This document shows, in pieces, positions 41,054 to 53,187 of a stretch of DNA of 64,000 nt. The stretch spans positions 11,966,001 through 12,030,000 of the forward strand of contig OZ024765.1 of assembly GCA_964016885.1 (NCBI GenBank). The letters are read 5' to 3'. The first letter of the stretch is position 1. Every line of letters begins with the position of its first letter. The stretch is from Eledone cirrhosa (taxonomy: Eukaryota). The translations under genes and the position numbers were made by a program. The notes beneath the pieces are model-generated. The model was not told the DNA's origin. It searched no databases and saw nothing but the letters and a program-made list of their open reading frames with translations.

Positions 41054-41456
41054 GCACACAAATTCAATGTTGTAACTAAAACATATGGAGTTTTAGATTT
41101 GAGATATAATCAAGCTGTTGACCTTAACCCATCAAGTTTCAATCACATCTGAGCTATTAAAGGGTGATTATACTAACAGAAAACATTGCAGTGACAGTCT
41201 AGATCTGTGACCATATGGGTCAACTGTATTACAAATGACAAATGATTCTAGTAGATTAAAGTACAATATTGACTAGTAAGCTGATTTTGGTGCATATATT
41301 TTACTTAGATGTAGAAGCTCCAATGTCTTCAGACACATAAGGCAACAAAATTACAGTCAGTTGCATCTATTAATACATCATTCCAGCCTTTATTGATGGG
41401 TTTCAGGCCTGTGTGTGTGTGTTTGTGTGTGTGTGTCTGTGTGTGTGTGTGTGTGT

Positions 41457-42020
41457 CATCATCATCATCATTTTATGTCCACTTTTCCCTGCTTGCAAGG
41501 GTGGGACGGGTCCTATTCAGCACAACAATTCTCCATTCGCCTTGGCCTTTCGTCATCTTTTCTTGAGCTTCAGCGATCTGAGATCAGCTCTCACCACCCT
41601 CCGCCCATGATTTTCGTGGTCTTCCTCGACTGTGTCTTCCTTCCACTGGGATTTCTTGGCACTTCTTTACCCAGTGGTCATCCTCCATACCACCGCAGTC
41701 TTCTCTCCCGCACACTACAGCTTATCCCTCTTATACACAGTTTCTCTCTCAACTCGTCTATGGTTGGTCGTTCACGCACATTGACATTGCACATCCAACG
41801 GAGCATGCTTGCTTCATTTCTCTCCAGTCGTTGCATATTCTCCGCAGTTACCATGCAGCATCACGCATCTCACATAGGCAGGCATCATATAACTGGCCTT
41901 TCGTTCGTAGGGAGAAACCCTTCTTTATCAACAGAGGAAGCAGCTCCCTAAACTTCTTTCAACCCATCCTTATTCTATATACTATGGCATCGGAGCACCT
42001 TCCTCCCTTACTAATCTAAT
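41457..42020 (-). mobile_element. 5'-truncated RTE-clade LINE 3' end with (TGA)n tail
   Basis: KKFRELLPLL...MQRLERNEASMLRWMCNV...ELREKL...RLRWYG...GRPRK with frameshifts; ends NRTRPTLASREKWT*. Confidence 0.88.
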
Positions 42021-42035
42021 CAGTGTAGGTGTGTG

Positions 42036-42088
<53 letters not shown>

Positions 42089-42090
<2 letters not shown>

Positions 42091-42244
42091 CGAAGGAAAT
42101 GTGGTAAGGAACCAGGTGGACCATAACGCACCAAAGTACTCAATACTTAGGGTAGTAGAGTGGGTAATAGGAACAAGTAAGACCCCGACGGCTGAGCTCA
42201 AGCCGTTTCGACGGCTAATTCTGTACAGAATTAGCCGTCGAAAT
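42089..42244 (-). mobile_element. (TA)n-inserted element with hammerhead 3' half and terminal 38-bp palindrome
   Basis: Minus strand GAAA-CGGCT..AGCCG-TC-GGGG; palindrome 42206-42243; relatives at 11892-11990, 52386-52463, 53617-53752. Confidence 0.7.
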
Positions 42245-42254
42245 ATATATATAT

Positions 42255-42580
42255 CATCATCATCATTTCATTTTACGTCCGCTTTTTCCTTGCTTGCAAG
42301 GGTGGGACGGGAACTGATTCTGGCTTGATTTCTACAGCTGGATGCCCTTCCTAACACCAACCTCATTTACAGTGAGTGCTCTGGGTGCTTTTTTGCCATG
42401 GCACCTCCACGACCACTTTACAGTGGAATGATATGGACCCCAGTCCCTATCATCTCATTTCTACAGCTGAGTAAACTGGAGGAATGTGAAATAAAGTGTC
42501 TTGCTCAAGGAAACAACACATCACCCGGTCTGAGAATTGAACTCACAACCTTTCGATTGCAAGCCCAATGCTCTAACCAT
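42255..42580 (-). mobile_element. SINE family B
   Basis: Homologous to 18018-18361. Confidence 0.85.
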
Positions 42581-42594
42581 TTTTGAGTAAAAAA

Positions 42595-42905
42595 ATTTAC
42601 CAGTCTAGTGTATGGTCCTGTAACTCCTGATAGAGTCGTAGGGGGCTCATATTGACATACAGCATATCTTTGGCACTGTAAGCTTGGTGGAGCCCATCCC
42701 TCTCCAGGCCTGAGTACAGCAGATTTCTTCCAGAGAGAGGAAGAATCGACCCCAGAACTAGATTGGTACATTTTTTATCGACTTCGAAAGGGTGAAAGGC
42801 AAAGTTGACCTCGGCGGGATTTGGACTGAGAGAACACTGAGCCTGAACAAATACCACAAGGCATTCTATCCGACATTCTAATACACTCTGCCAATTTGCC
42901 GCCTA
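42595..42905 (-). mobile_element. SINE family A-related element with extended 3' region
   Basis: tRNA-like head + TTTGCCTTTCA body + GAAGAAATCTGCTGTACTCAGGCCTGG; relatives at 44170-44480 and 53260-53570. Confidence 0.7.
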
Positions 42906-43339
42906 ATACTGGTATCAATTCTTCCTCTATATCTCCTTTTCACTGACCCCTCTCTCTCTCTCTCTCTGATAGAAATTGGCTGTACTCATACCTGGAGAAG
43001 GGGAAAGGCTCCACCAGGTTTCAAAAGAGCTTTAAGACATGCCATATGTCACAACAGTGACCCCTCGACACCACCACGAGTTACACGTTCATACATACTA
43101 TGTCAAAAAAAGACAAAGACCACACGTTTATATTTGTTAATTTAGGCTAAACTTTCATTAAAATTCATTCTGTGTAATTACAACTCCCACCTAATTACAC
43201 CTCCGACATAATTATATCTTCCAGGTTATTAACCCTTTCATTAACAAATCTCTAATGAAATACACTGTATCTGAATTAATTAACAAAGAAATTGGAACCA
43301 TTTACTAAAATTATTAATTGTTTCATTATTTCATTACTA

Positions 43340-43755
43340 CACTAGAATCAGAGCATCAGACAAAATGCTTTGTGGCATGTAGTTACAGCCCTTTACATTC
43401 TGAGTTCAAATCCCACTGAGGTTAACTTTGCCTTTCATCCTTACATGGTCGATAAAATAAAGTACCAGTAATGCATTGGGGTTGATTGACTTTCTTCTCC
43501 ACCAAAATTGTTGGCTTTGTGCCTAAATCAGAAATAATTAGACAGCAGAGGGCGGTAGACTGACAAACTCATTATAGCCTCAGACAAAAATTCTTTTCAG
43601 AATATATTATGGCTTGTGATGTCCTGAATTCAAATCCTGCTGAGGTCAACTTTACCTTTCATCCTTCTGGGGTACCAGTCACATATTGGGGTCAGTAAAC
43701 TTGACTTGCTCTCCCAACTAGTTGCTGTTCTTGTGCCTAAACTTGAAACAGTTAT
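43340..43755 (+). mobile_element. Two diverged SINE family A copies
   Basis: Family A B-box and body motifs. Confidence 0.75.
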
Positions 43756-43849
43756 AAAGACATTCTTTATCTACGAGAGATTCCAGATAGATGTAGAAGC
43801 TCCTGTAAAGTAGCTTTTAAATAGGATGCTATTCCCAAGATATATTTAA

Positions 43850-44129
43850 CCCTTTAGTATTTACATTACTCTATATATACTATTGTATTTTCATTGTAAA
43901 GGCTTTACCTCACATAATATCTCACATAACATTTACATTACTCTATATATACTATTATATTTTCATTGTAAAGGCTTTACCTCACATAATATTGAATCTA
44001 TAAGATTTTGATATTATTTATTTTGAGAACAATACCTTAACACCAGTATGAGTGGCTGGTTACGGCTGGTTTGAACAGAAACGGGTGAGAGAATTCTGAC
44101 TGGATATGGCTGGTTTAAATGTTAAAGGG
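43850..44129 (-). mobile_element. piggyBac-like MITE (2 internal 72-bp units)
   Basis: TTAA CCCTTTAG ... TAAAGGG TTAA; same family as 6820-7384. Confidence 0.85.
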
Positions 44130-44542
44130 TTAATGACTGCCAGTTTGCCTTTTTTGCAATTGTATGTATATGTGAACCCATACATCCTGGTGGGGTTGTA
44201 GGGATACCATAGAGTCAGGCAGCATTGCTTGGGTCCTTTTCAAACCTGGTGGAGCGCATCTCCTCCCAAGGTCTCAACACAGTCGATTTCTTCCAGAGAA
44301 AGACAGAGAGTGATAGAGAGAAGTGAGACAGAAATATAGAGGAAGAATCGACCCCAGTACTAGACTGGCATTTTTTTATCAACCTTGAAACGATGAAAGG
44401 CAAAATTGACCTTGGCAGAATTTGAACTCTGAGAGCAGAGAGAACTGGAATGAAATCTGCAAAGCATTCTACTAGATATTTTTATGATACTATGTTGTAG
44501 AGGTGCCATAATGTCACACAGCGCTTCTTGGGCCTTTTTTAA

Positions 44543-44761
44543 CCCTTTAGCATTTATATTACTCTATATTTACTATTGTATTTTCACAGAAAAGGCTTTA
44601 CATTACATAATCATCTCACATGATATGGAATCTATGAGATTTTGATATTTATTTTGAGAACAATACCTTAAAGTTGGTATGAGCAGCCGGTTATGACTGG
44701 TTTGAACAGAAAAGAGGTGAGAGAATTCTGGTCAGATACTGCCAGTTTAAATGCTAAAGGG
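44543..44761 (-). mobile_element. piggyBac-like MITE (1 internal unit)
   Basis: TTAA CCCTTTAGCATTTA ... TAAATGCTAAAGGG TTAA. Confidence 0.85.
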
Positions 44762-45385
44762 TTAAACCTGAACACAGCCAATTTCTTCCAGAGAAAGTGA
44801 GAGAGAGAATGGTAGAGAAGTGAGAGATACAGAGAGAAGAATTGACCCCAGTGCTAGACTGGTATTTTTTTGATTGGCTTTGAAAGAATAAAAGGCAAAG
44901 CATGCTATCAGTTGTTTTATGACTCTACTAATTCCCCTCCTTTTTGGAGATTACTATTCACTAAACTGACATTGAAACACAGATATTTTTCAATGAAAGC
45001 TGTGCTAAATATACCAAACTCCAAAGTAATTTTGTTTGCTATTTTTGAAGCTGACTTTCAGACAACACATTTCAATGAAAGTAGTGCTATAAATACAAAG
45101 GTGACCATATTTTAATTTGTGGTAGAGTTGACCTTGTGCTATATATATATATATATACCAAACTACTAAATAACTTTGCTTGCTATCTCTCAAACTAAAG
45201 ATGCTTGTCAATGAAAATAGGAACACACATGCTAATATGACTATATTTATACTAATGGAGAAGTTGACCTTGTGCTGTATATTTATTAAACATACAGTAT
45301 ATAATCAAATATACTATACATACATTCATATATACATCACTATTTCAAAGCACCAATACTAATATATATATATATATATATATAA

Positions 45386-45645
45386 TATTAGTACAGATTA
45401 AAGTTTAATCAAAGAATCACACCTTTCATCCTATTATGGGATCTTTTGAGTTTCTGACGATCCCGTAATTGAGTGAAAGCAGCGATTCTTTGCTTAGACT
45501 TTAATCTGTACTAATAATAAATATTTGATCTACAGGTTTATATATATATATATTTATCTATCTATCGCTCTATATATATATTATATGTACATATACAATC
45601 CTTATCGAGCCCTCTTTGGATAGTGGTCTTCACATTTATTATTAC
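45386..45645 (+). mobile_element. Hairpin element in (TA)n with CTGACGA...GAAA core
   Basis: Inverted arms 45386-~45443 / ~45459-45516; CTGACGA (45454)-TCCC..GAGT-GAAA; homologous to 18369-18575. Confidence 0.65.
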
Positions 45646-45727
45646 TATATATATATATATCATCATCATCATCATAATTTTACGTCCGCTTTTCCTTGCT
45701 TGCAAGGGTGGGACGGGCCATATATAT

Positions 45728-45768
<41 letters not shown>

Positions 45769-45769
<1 letters not shown>

Positions 45770-46111
45770 AAAGTTCTATTTAAAATTGTTGGGATACAAC
45801 AAGTAAATATTTTTATAATTGATATAAAGCACTCGACAAGTATTTGGAGTAGATATACGATATTAATAAATGGAAACTATATTTATAAAACCATATTTAT
45901 TTCATTATACATATTTCAGGGATACCAAAAACATGATGACTTCCAAAAACAATGATTGCATTTTAATAGGGTACGTCAAAGCTTATTTGTAAAACTGTTA
46001 TATATTGTATTTTGTCTGATGAAGGCATACCATAATTTAATTTGGTATCCCTGAAATATGTATAATGAAATAAATATGGTTTTATAAATATAGTTTCCAT
46101 TTATTAATATC

Positions 46112-46117
<6 letters not shown>
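45769..46117 (-). mobile_element. Penelope-like hairpin element, opposite orientation to 40254-40710
   Basis: Tail 45769-45852, arms 45853-45929 / 46041-46117, flanked by (TA)n. Confidence 0.8.
46008..46072 (+). ncRNA. Type I hammerhead ribozyme motif with intact core
   Basis: TATTTTGT-CTGATGA-AGGCATACCA/TGGTATCCCT-GAAA-TATGTA-TA-ATGAAATA; predicted cleavage after 46064. Confidence 0.7.
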
Positions 46118-46158
<41 letters not shown>

Positions 46159-46503
46159 TGAGCTGAGGCATATATCTAGTATGCAATACCTTCCCTACTA
46201 TCAACCCTCCCAAACACCTGCCTTGCTATAATCAATTGTTCCACTGATAGAGTTGTCTAAAAATTGCTGAACACTAGAAATCAAACCAGAATCAGTTCCC
46301 GTCCCACCCTTGCAAGCAGGGAAAAGCGGACGTAAAATGAAATGATGATGATGATATATATATATACACACACATTCATTCATACATAGATATATATACA
46401 CATTCATTCATACATATATATATATATATATGTATTTACATACATTCATTCATATATATATATATATATTTACATACATTCATTCATATATATATATATA
46501 TAT

Positions 46504-47066
46504 ATACATTATGAAGAGAGAAGAAACATTTAGATATAATTAGTAATAAAATGTATCATACCTAATGTATCAGAGTAATAAAATGTATCATACTTCTCGC
46601 CTTCTTCACCACCTCTTCTACGGCCTCGATATAAGTACCCCCTCCGCCTCCGTGGTATTTTCTTCGGGGTTATAAGAGGCTTAGCTCTGTTTCTCGACCG
46701 TTATATCGCATGACTATCTCCCCCTCCGCCTTTTGGGATTCTTTCTCACGTCGTGTAGACGCGTTCTTGAGACTAGTAAAATGAGGTATCCTCTTGATAA
46801 GTCGGCAGACCTCGCAAGGACTCTATATCTTTATGATATATTGTTTTTGTTTATGCCACGAAACTACGTAGTCGAGGAATTTAGGAGCAGTTTAGGTATG
46901 ATACATTTTATTACTAATTATATCTAAATGTTTCTTCTCTCTTCATAATGTATTTTTAACTCTGATACTGGTTCAGTCTAGTTCAACTGAATTGGTCTGT
47001 CCCAGTCATTCATTGAGCAACATCGGTGAAGTTGGCACCCTTAACTCACAGTTGGGTGCGGATGCA
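46504..47066 (+). mobile_element. Penelope-like pseudo-LTR element with ~60-bp inverted arms
   Basis: Arms 46504-46564 / 46892-46952, internal hammerhead, 3' tail to ~47066. Confidence 0.75.
46789..46878 (+). ncRNA. Type I hammerhead ribozyme motif with mutated core
   Basis: TCCTC-TTGATAA-GTCGGC...GCCAC-GAAA-CTACGTAG-TC-GAGGA: palindromic helix III, GUC site, perfect stem I; core has two substitutions versus CTGATGA. Confidence 0.65.
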
Positions 47067-47229
47067 TTCATGTATATATGTGTGTCCCCGCATGTATCTG
47101 TGTGTTTCTAATTATATTATATATATATATATGTATTTACATACATTCATACATATATATATATATATATGCTACCAAAATTAAATTAAAGGTGTCATAT
47201 CTAAGAATATCAGAAACACGTGCCATACC

Positions 47230-47490
<261 letters not shown>

Positions 47491-47933
47491 CATCTTCAGC
47501 AATGAAAATAATATAGAGATATCATTATAATAAATGGCATGATCAGGTAACAACCAATTTATGATATATTTGTTTGGGAAGATGTAATTTGAGCAGCTGT
47601 GTTCTTTGATATCTTCTTCCCGGCCTCTCTCACACAGTTGACAAGATGTGTTCACCCTCTAGCTGGACAGGAGTTTAATGACAGCTATTTAAATCTATCT
47701 ACTTACATATCTATATCTTCGAATGATCAAACAATATGAAACACAAATTTAAATTTTGAAGACCAACACAATGTGTTATGAAGACCAACACAATGTGTTT
47801 TGAAGACCAACACAATGTGTTTTGAAGAATGTTAAATTGCCAAGATAACAAAAGAATCTTACCTTAGCAAATTTAACGATCCCAAATAATTTTGAGTTTA
47901 AAACAATATCTATCTATCTATCTATCTATCTAT

Positions 47934-48769
47934 CTCGGTGAAACTCTAGGCGTGGAGGAAGATGAACTGGCCAGTCTGTTCGGTAGGACCTTCCGCCCGG
48001 GACCGATGGACAACTTCCAAAAGTCCCTGGCCTGGCAGTGCTACCGAGGAGCTCTACCAGTTCGAGACAAGCTCTACAGACATGGGCGCCCGGGCAGGGA
48101 CCCTGCAAAAAAGATCTGTCCGAGGTGCGTGCGAGACGAAGAAACCGTCGCGCACGCATTCATACACTGCCCGGGCGTCACTGACCTGTGGGGATATGTA
48201 GAACGACTATTGTCGCGGGTGGGACCAATCCAGTTGACCACCGAGTCCATTGTCATGATCAAACCGCCACTCTCCTTCAAAAACGAAGGAGAGGCGGTTT
48301 TCCTTTGTGTGATAGCTATGGCGAAAGAGGTTGTATGGTGGACAAGGTTGAAAGGGCTGAGGTCAGACACCTTTCTCTCCGGCCAACAACTGATTCTTTT
48401 TTTCAAATACCACTTTGGAAGAAGAATCAGGATGGAGAGAGAGGTGCTGTACCGCAGCAAGTTTTATGAAAGGTGGGTGAAAGTGGCGAGAATGGCCCGA
48501 GTGAATGGGCCTTCTCTCTATATCAGCCTGTAGATTGAGGAAAAGGAGGAGGAGAGGAAAGGAGTACAAGCTCTTCGTACTCCTGGAGATGAGGGTTGCA
48601 CATTTTTTCGGGGGTATGTGTTACCCATATAAACTGTCTCCCTCTATTGGGGAAAATCGACTAACTTTTAAATTCCATCTGTGATAACATTTTACACGTT
48701 TTTATTGTATGTAAACTTCCCCCTTTGTATTTGTCCCCTTCTTTTGTGCCCCTGTGGCTAATAAAGAAA
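47934..48769 (+). mobile_element. 5'-truncated Tx1/L1-clade LINE (zf-RVT CCHC domain) with 3' UTR
   Basis: LAWQCYRGALPVRDKL...CPRC..DEETVAHAFIHCP...W; stop at 48533; AATAAA end; flanked by (ATCT)n. Confidence 0.9.
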
Positions 48770-48887
48770 TATATCTATCTATCTATCTACCTACCTACCT
48801 ACCTACCTACCTACCTGTCTTCCTGGCTGTATATCTATCCATCTACCTACCAACCTATTTCTCTATCTATCTATCTATTTGTTTACC

Positions 48888-49384
48888 CTCCTTCAAAAAC
48901 GAAGGAGTGGCGGTTTTCCTTTGTGCGATAGCTATGGTGAAAGAGGTTGTATGGTGGACGAGGTTAAAAAGGGCTGAGGTAAGACACCTTTCTCTCCGGC
49001 CAACAACTGATTCTTTTTTTCAAATAACACTTTGGAAGAAGAATCAGGATGGAGAGAGAGGTGCTGTACCCCAGCAAGTTTTATGAAAGGTGGGTGAAAG
49101 TGGCGAGAATGGCCTGAGTGAATGGGCCTTCTCTCTATATCAGCCTGTAGGTTGAGGAAAAGGAGGAGGAGAGGAAAGGAATACAAACTCTTCGTACTCC
49201 TGGAGATGAGGGTTGCACATTTTTTTTCGGGGTATGTGTTACCCATATAAACTGTCTCCCTCTATTGGGGAAAATCGACTAACTTTTTAAATTCCATTTG
49301 TGATAACATTTTACACGTTTTTATTGTAAACTTCCTCCTTTGTATTTGTCCCCTTCTTTTGTGCCCCTGTGGCTAATAAAGAAA
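48888..49384 (+). mobile_element. Second truncated copy of the Tx1/L1-clade LINE
   Basis: Near-identical to 48272-48769 with frameshift. Confidence 0.9.
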
Positions 49385-49405
49385 TATATCTATCTATCTA
49401 TCTAT

Positions 49406-49894
49406 AAAAACGAAAGAGAGGCGGTTTTCCTCTGTACGGTGGCTATGGTGAAAGAAGTTATATGGTGGACGAGGTTGAGAGGACTGAGGACAGATGCCTT
49501 TCTCTCCGGACAACAATTGATTCCCTTCTTTAAGTATCACTTTAGAAGGAGAATCAGGGTGGAGAGAGAGGCACTGCACCCCAGTAAATTTACTGAAAGG
49601 TGGGTGAATGAAGCAAAAATGGCCCGAGTGATTGGGCCTTCTCTGTTTATAAGCCTGTAGGTTGAGGAAGAGAGCAAAAGGAAGAAAGGAGCACTTGCAC
49701 AACACGCTCCTGGAGTTGAGGGTTGTTCTATCGACGGGGTATTAAACAACCCATTTGTGGCGCCTCTCCCTATTGGGGATTTCGATTGTTGAAATTGTTT
49801 GTTTTTATATTTTTTACACGACTGTATGTAAAATCCCCGGCATGTCTTTGTATTGTCCCCTTTTCTTGTTGCGCCCTTGTGGCTAATAAAGAAA
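49406..49894 (+). mobile_element. Third, more diverged copy of the Tx1/L1-clade LINE
   Basis: KNEREAVFLCTVAMVKEVIWWTRL...SLFISL*; GTGGCTAATAAAGAAAT end followed by CTAT/CTAC repeats. Confidence 0.9.
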
Positions 49895-50268
49895 TCTATC
49901 TACCTACCTACCTGTCTTCCTGGATGTATATCTATCCATCTACCTACCAACCTATTTCTCTACCTATCTATCTATTTGTTTATCTATCTGTTTGTCTATA
50001 ACTCACTCTCTTTGGTTGCCTGTCAGACTGTCTAGCTGTCTCTATCTCTTTACCTATCTCTCTTCCTCTCTCTATCTAGCTCTCTCTTTACCTATCTACA
50101 TATCTATCTGACTGTCTGATAAACATCTATCTATCTAGGTAGGTAGATAGATGTATATCTACCAATGTATCTATATTCGATCAAAAACAACAACAAAACA
50201 AAAACCCCAACAGCAGTCCAAAGACAGACATATAAAACTATAGACAGAACAGTCATTGTAATTTATTG

Positions 50269-50507
50269 CAGGTCCCCAACCATCGGGCCATGGACTGGTA
50301 CCAATCTGTGGATCATTTACTACCGGGCAGCAAAGAAATAATTAACTTGTTTAAAATTTTATAATAGATAAATTGAATATTGGACTATAATTAAAAAGAT
50401 TTGTTTAAATATTCAATATTCATCTACTCAATACAGATTTTCTTCCCTTTAATAAATTGCGCTTTTTATTATTGCTCTCTTTGTCGAAATGAACTTAAAT
50501 AACACAT

Positions 50508-50543
<36 letters not shown>

Positions 50544-50617
50544 TTACACTATTGATCTGCAGAAAGATTGTCTGGCATGAAGCCGGTCCATAGTATAAAA
50601 AAGGCTGGAGACAACTG
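50269..50617. mobile_element. hAT-Charlie (MER1-like) MITE
   Basis: CAGGTCCCCAACC...GGACTGGTACC start, GGCTGGAGACAACTG end, 8-bp TSD ATTTATTG/ATTTAGTG. Confidence 0.7.
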
Positions 50618-50684
50618 ATTTAGTGTACATATGTTTGACAATAATTAAATACAATATGGAAGAAAATAATTGTAACTGATTTAA

Positions 50685-51348
50685 CCCTTTTATGTTCAAA
50701 TCGGCCAAAACCAGCCAGAATTCTCTACCGCTTTCTGTTGAAACTGGCTGTAACTGGCCGCTCAAACTGATGTTAAGGTATTGTTCTCAAAATAAATACT
50801 TTCAAATTCTCATAGATTCGATATTTTGTGAGATATTTATGTGAGGTAAAGCCTTTACCATGAAAATATAACAGCATATATAGAGTAATGTGAATGTTAT
50901 GTGAGATATTATGCGAGGTAAAGCCTTTACCATGAAAATACAATAGTATATATAGAGTAATGTAAATGTTATGTGAGATATTATGTGAGGTAAAGCCTTT
51001 ACCATGAAAATACAATAGTATATATAGAGTAATGTAAATGTTATGTGAGATATTATGTGAGGTAAAGCCTTTACCATGAAAATACAATAGTATATATAGA
51101 GTAATGTGAATGTTATGTGAGATATTATGTGAGGTAAAGCCTTTACCATGAAAATACAATAGTATATATAGAGTAATGTGAATGTTATGTGAGATATTAT
51201 GTGAGGTAAAAGCCTATACCATGAAAATACAATAGTATATATAGAGTAATGTAAATGTTATGTGAGATATTATGTGAGGTAAAGCCTTTACCATGAAAAT
51301 ATAATAGTATATAATAGTAAAATACAATGGTATGTGAATGCTAAAGGG
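50685..51348 (+). mobile_element. piggyBac-like MITE (~7 internal 72-bp units)
   Basis: TTAA CCCTTT ... GCTAAAGGG TTAA; units at 50841, 50913, 50985, 51057, 51129, 51201, 51274. Confidence 0.85.
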
Positions 51349-52308
51349 TTAAATGAATGCAAAATGAATGAGAGGAATGACAAGATGAAGAATGTTAATA
51401 AGTGAAGATTAAAGCATCTTTATATAGAATTGGCTTACTCTAAACTGCCTTTGATAGATTAATAAGAACAAGGTACCTAATGTAGTTATATAGTTATATC
51501 TTAACCCAAAATATTTTACTATGATGTAATAGGTTGCATTTTATCATGTTTTCGTCTTTATTTTAGCTATTTTAAATGCAGTTTAGATGTATTTCTTGGT
51601 TATGAATTTCAGGTTAAACAAAAAATGTTATCAGCGATATTTGCACCCGATATTATTATTATTATTATCATTACTATTATTATTATAGCTACTTCTACAT
51701 TCATACCTTCAGTGTAAAGAACACAGGTAAATTTTGACGCCAAATTCAGATTAAAAAACTGTGCTTCCTACACAGGCAAATACTATAATTATCAAAACAA
51801 AAATTATATATTTTTTTATAAAATTTAAATTTCTTAAAAAATTAAGTAGGATAAAAAAATCGATTTAAAACAACCACAACAACAACAAAATACAACATTA
51901 ACAACAATAAGTGCAACGTGAATGTTGATAGTGGATCATGATAAAATGCCATTTTATATTTAAACACTGTTGAGTGTGAATTGCTAATTGAAAATTAGGT
52001 TATTAGAAAGTTTTGTTAAAAAATAATGATGTATGTTAGGATGTAAAGACGGAATTAAAACGGAAAATTTGGAAGAGGGAGTGGGGTTAGAGAGGAGTGG
52101 AGAAAAATTTAAGTGAATGAACAATCATTTTTGAAAATAGGAAAACAAAATTGAGAAAATTATTCATTTAACCATTTAAGATAAAGAAAGAATGAGTGGA
52201 CCAATCAGAATGAAGTTTCATGAAATAATAAATTTTCGTAAATGATTCTATCTTACATAGGAACAAGGATTCAGGTCATGTGTGTATCTGTGTGTATGTG
52301 TGTGTGTG

Positions 52309-52388
<80 letters not shown>

Positions 52389-52587
52389 AACAAGTATGAC
52401 CCCGACGGCAGAGTTCAAGCCGTTTCGACGGCTAATTCTGGTTCCTTACCACATTTCCTTCATTATATATATATATATATATACATATATATACTAACAT
52501 ATATACATACACACAAGTATATATGCAAACATGTATATACACACATTATATACACACATTATATATATATATATATATATATATATG

Positions 52588-52985
52588 GGATAACAAGTTA
52601 TCATTTTAGGTAATCCAGTTAGAGGTTGTGAGTACTCTGTACTATGGATAGTTTTAACAAATGGCATTGTTTGACTCAACAAAAGGTTTCCTTAGTTAGG
52701 TAGCGAGTTTGCGAGAATTCCCATTCAGGTGATTCTTAGAGTAATGATAGTGAAAGAGTGAAAAATAACATGGTCGGCTGTACAAAAAGAGTTTTATTTA
52801 CAGTATCAACAATTGTTAGTATTCCGATGATTTGATCAAAGATGCACACTGTATTTAAGGTCGAGTGACGGAATTTCGAGTGATTAGCGGCATTTAGACT
52901 CACCTGATCAATGAAACAATTGTTAATACTGTAAATAAAACCCTTTTTCTACAGCTGACCATGTTATTCTTCACTCTTTCACTAT
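52588..52985 (-). mobile_element. Hairpin element in (TA)n: ~70-bp imperfect inverted arms plus tail
   Basis: Arms 52747-52817 / 52914-52985. Confidence 0.65.
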
Positions 52986-52995
52986 ATATATATAT

Positions 52996-53117
52996 ATATG
53001 AATAAAGTGGTCCTTCATCAGTGATCTTCCAACCATCACAGGTATTTCTTCGCTTTAAAGCGAAGAAATACCTGTGATGGTTGGAAGATCACTGATGAAG
53101 GACCACTTTATTCATAT
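52996..53117. repeat. 122-bp perfect spacerless palindrome abutting (TA)n
   Basis: Centre CGCTTT|AAAGCG at 53056/53057. Confidence 0.92.
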
Positions 53118-53150
53118 GTAACCCATTTGCAACCACACAGCACGTTTATT

Positions 53151-53187
<37 letters not shown>

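Noticed and set aside
47520-47670. Minus-strand exon (CQLC...H)
   Set aside because: No clear splice pair; frame runs into (TGCG)n
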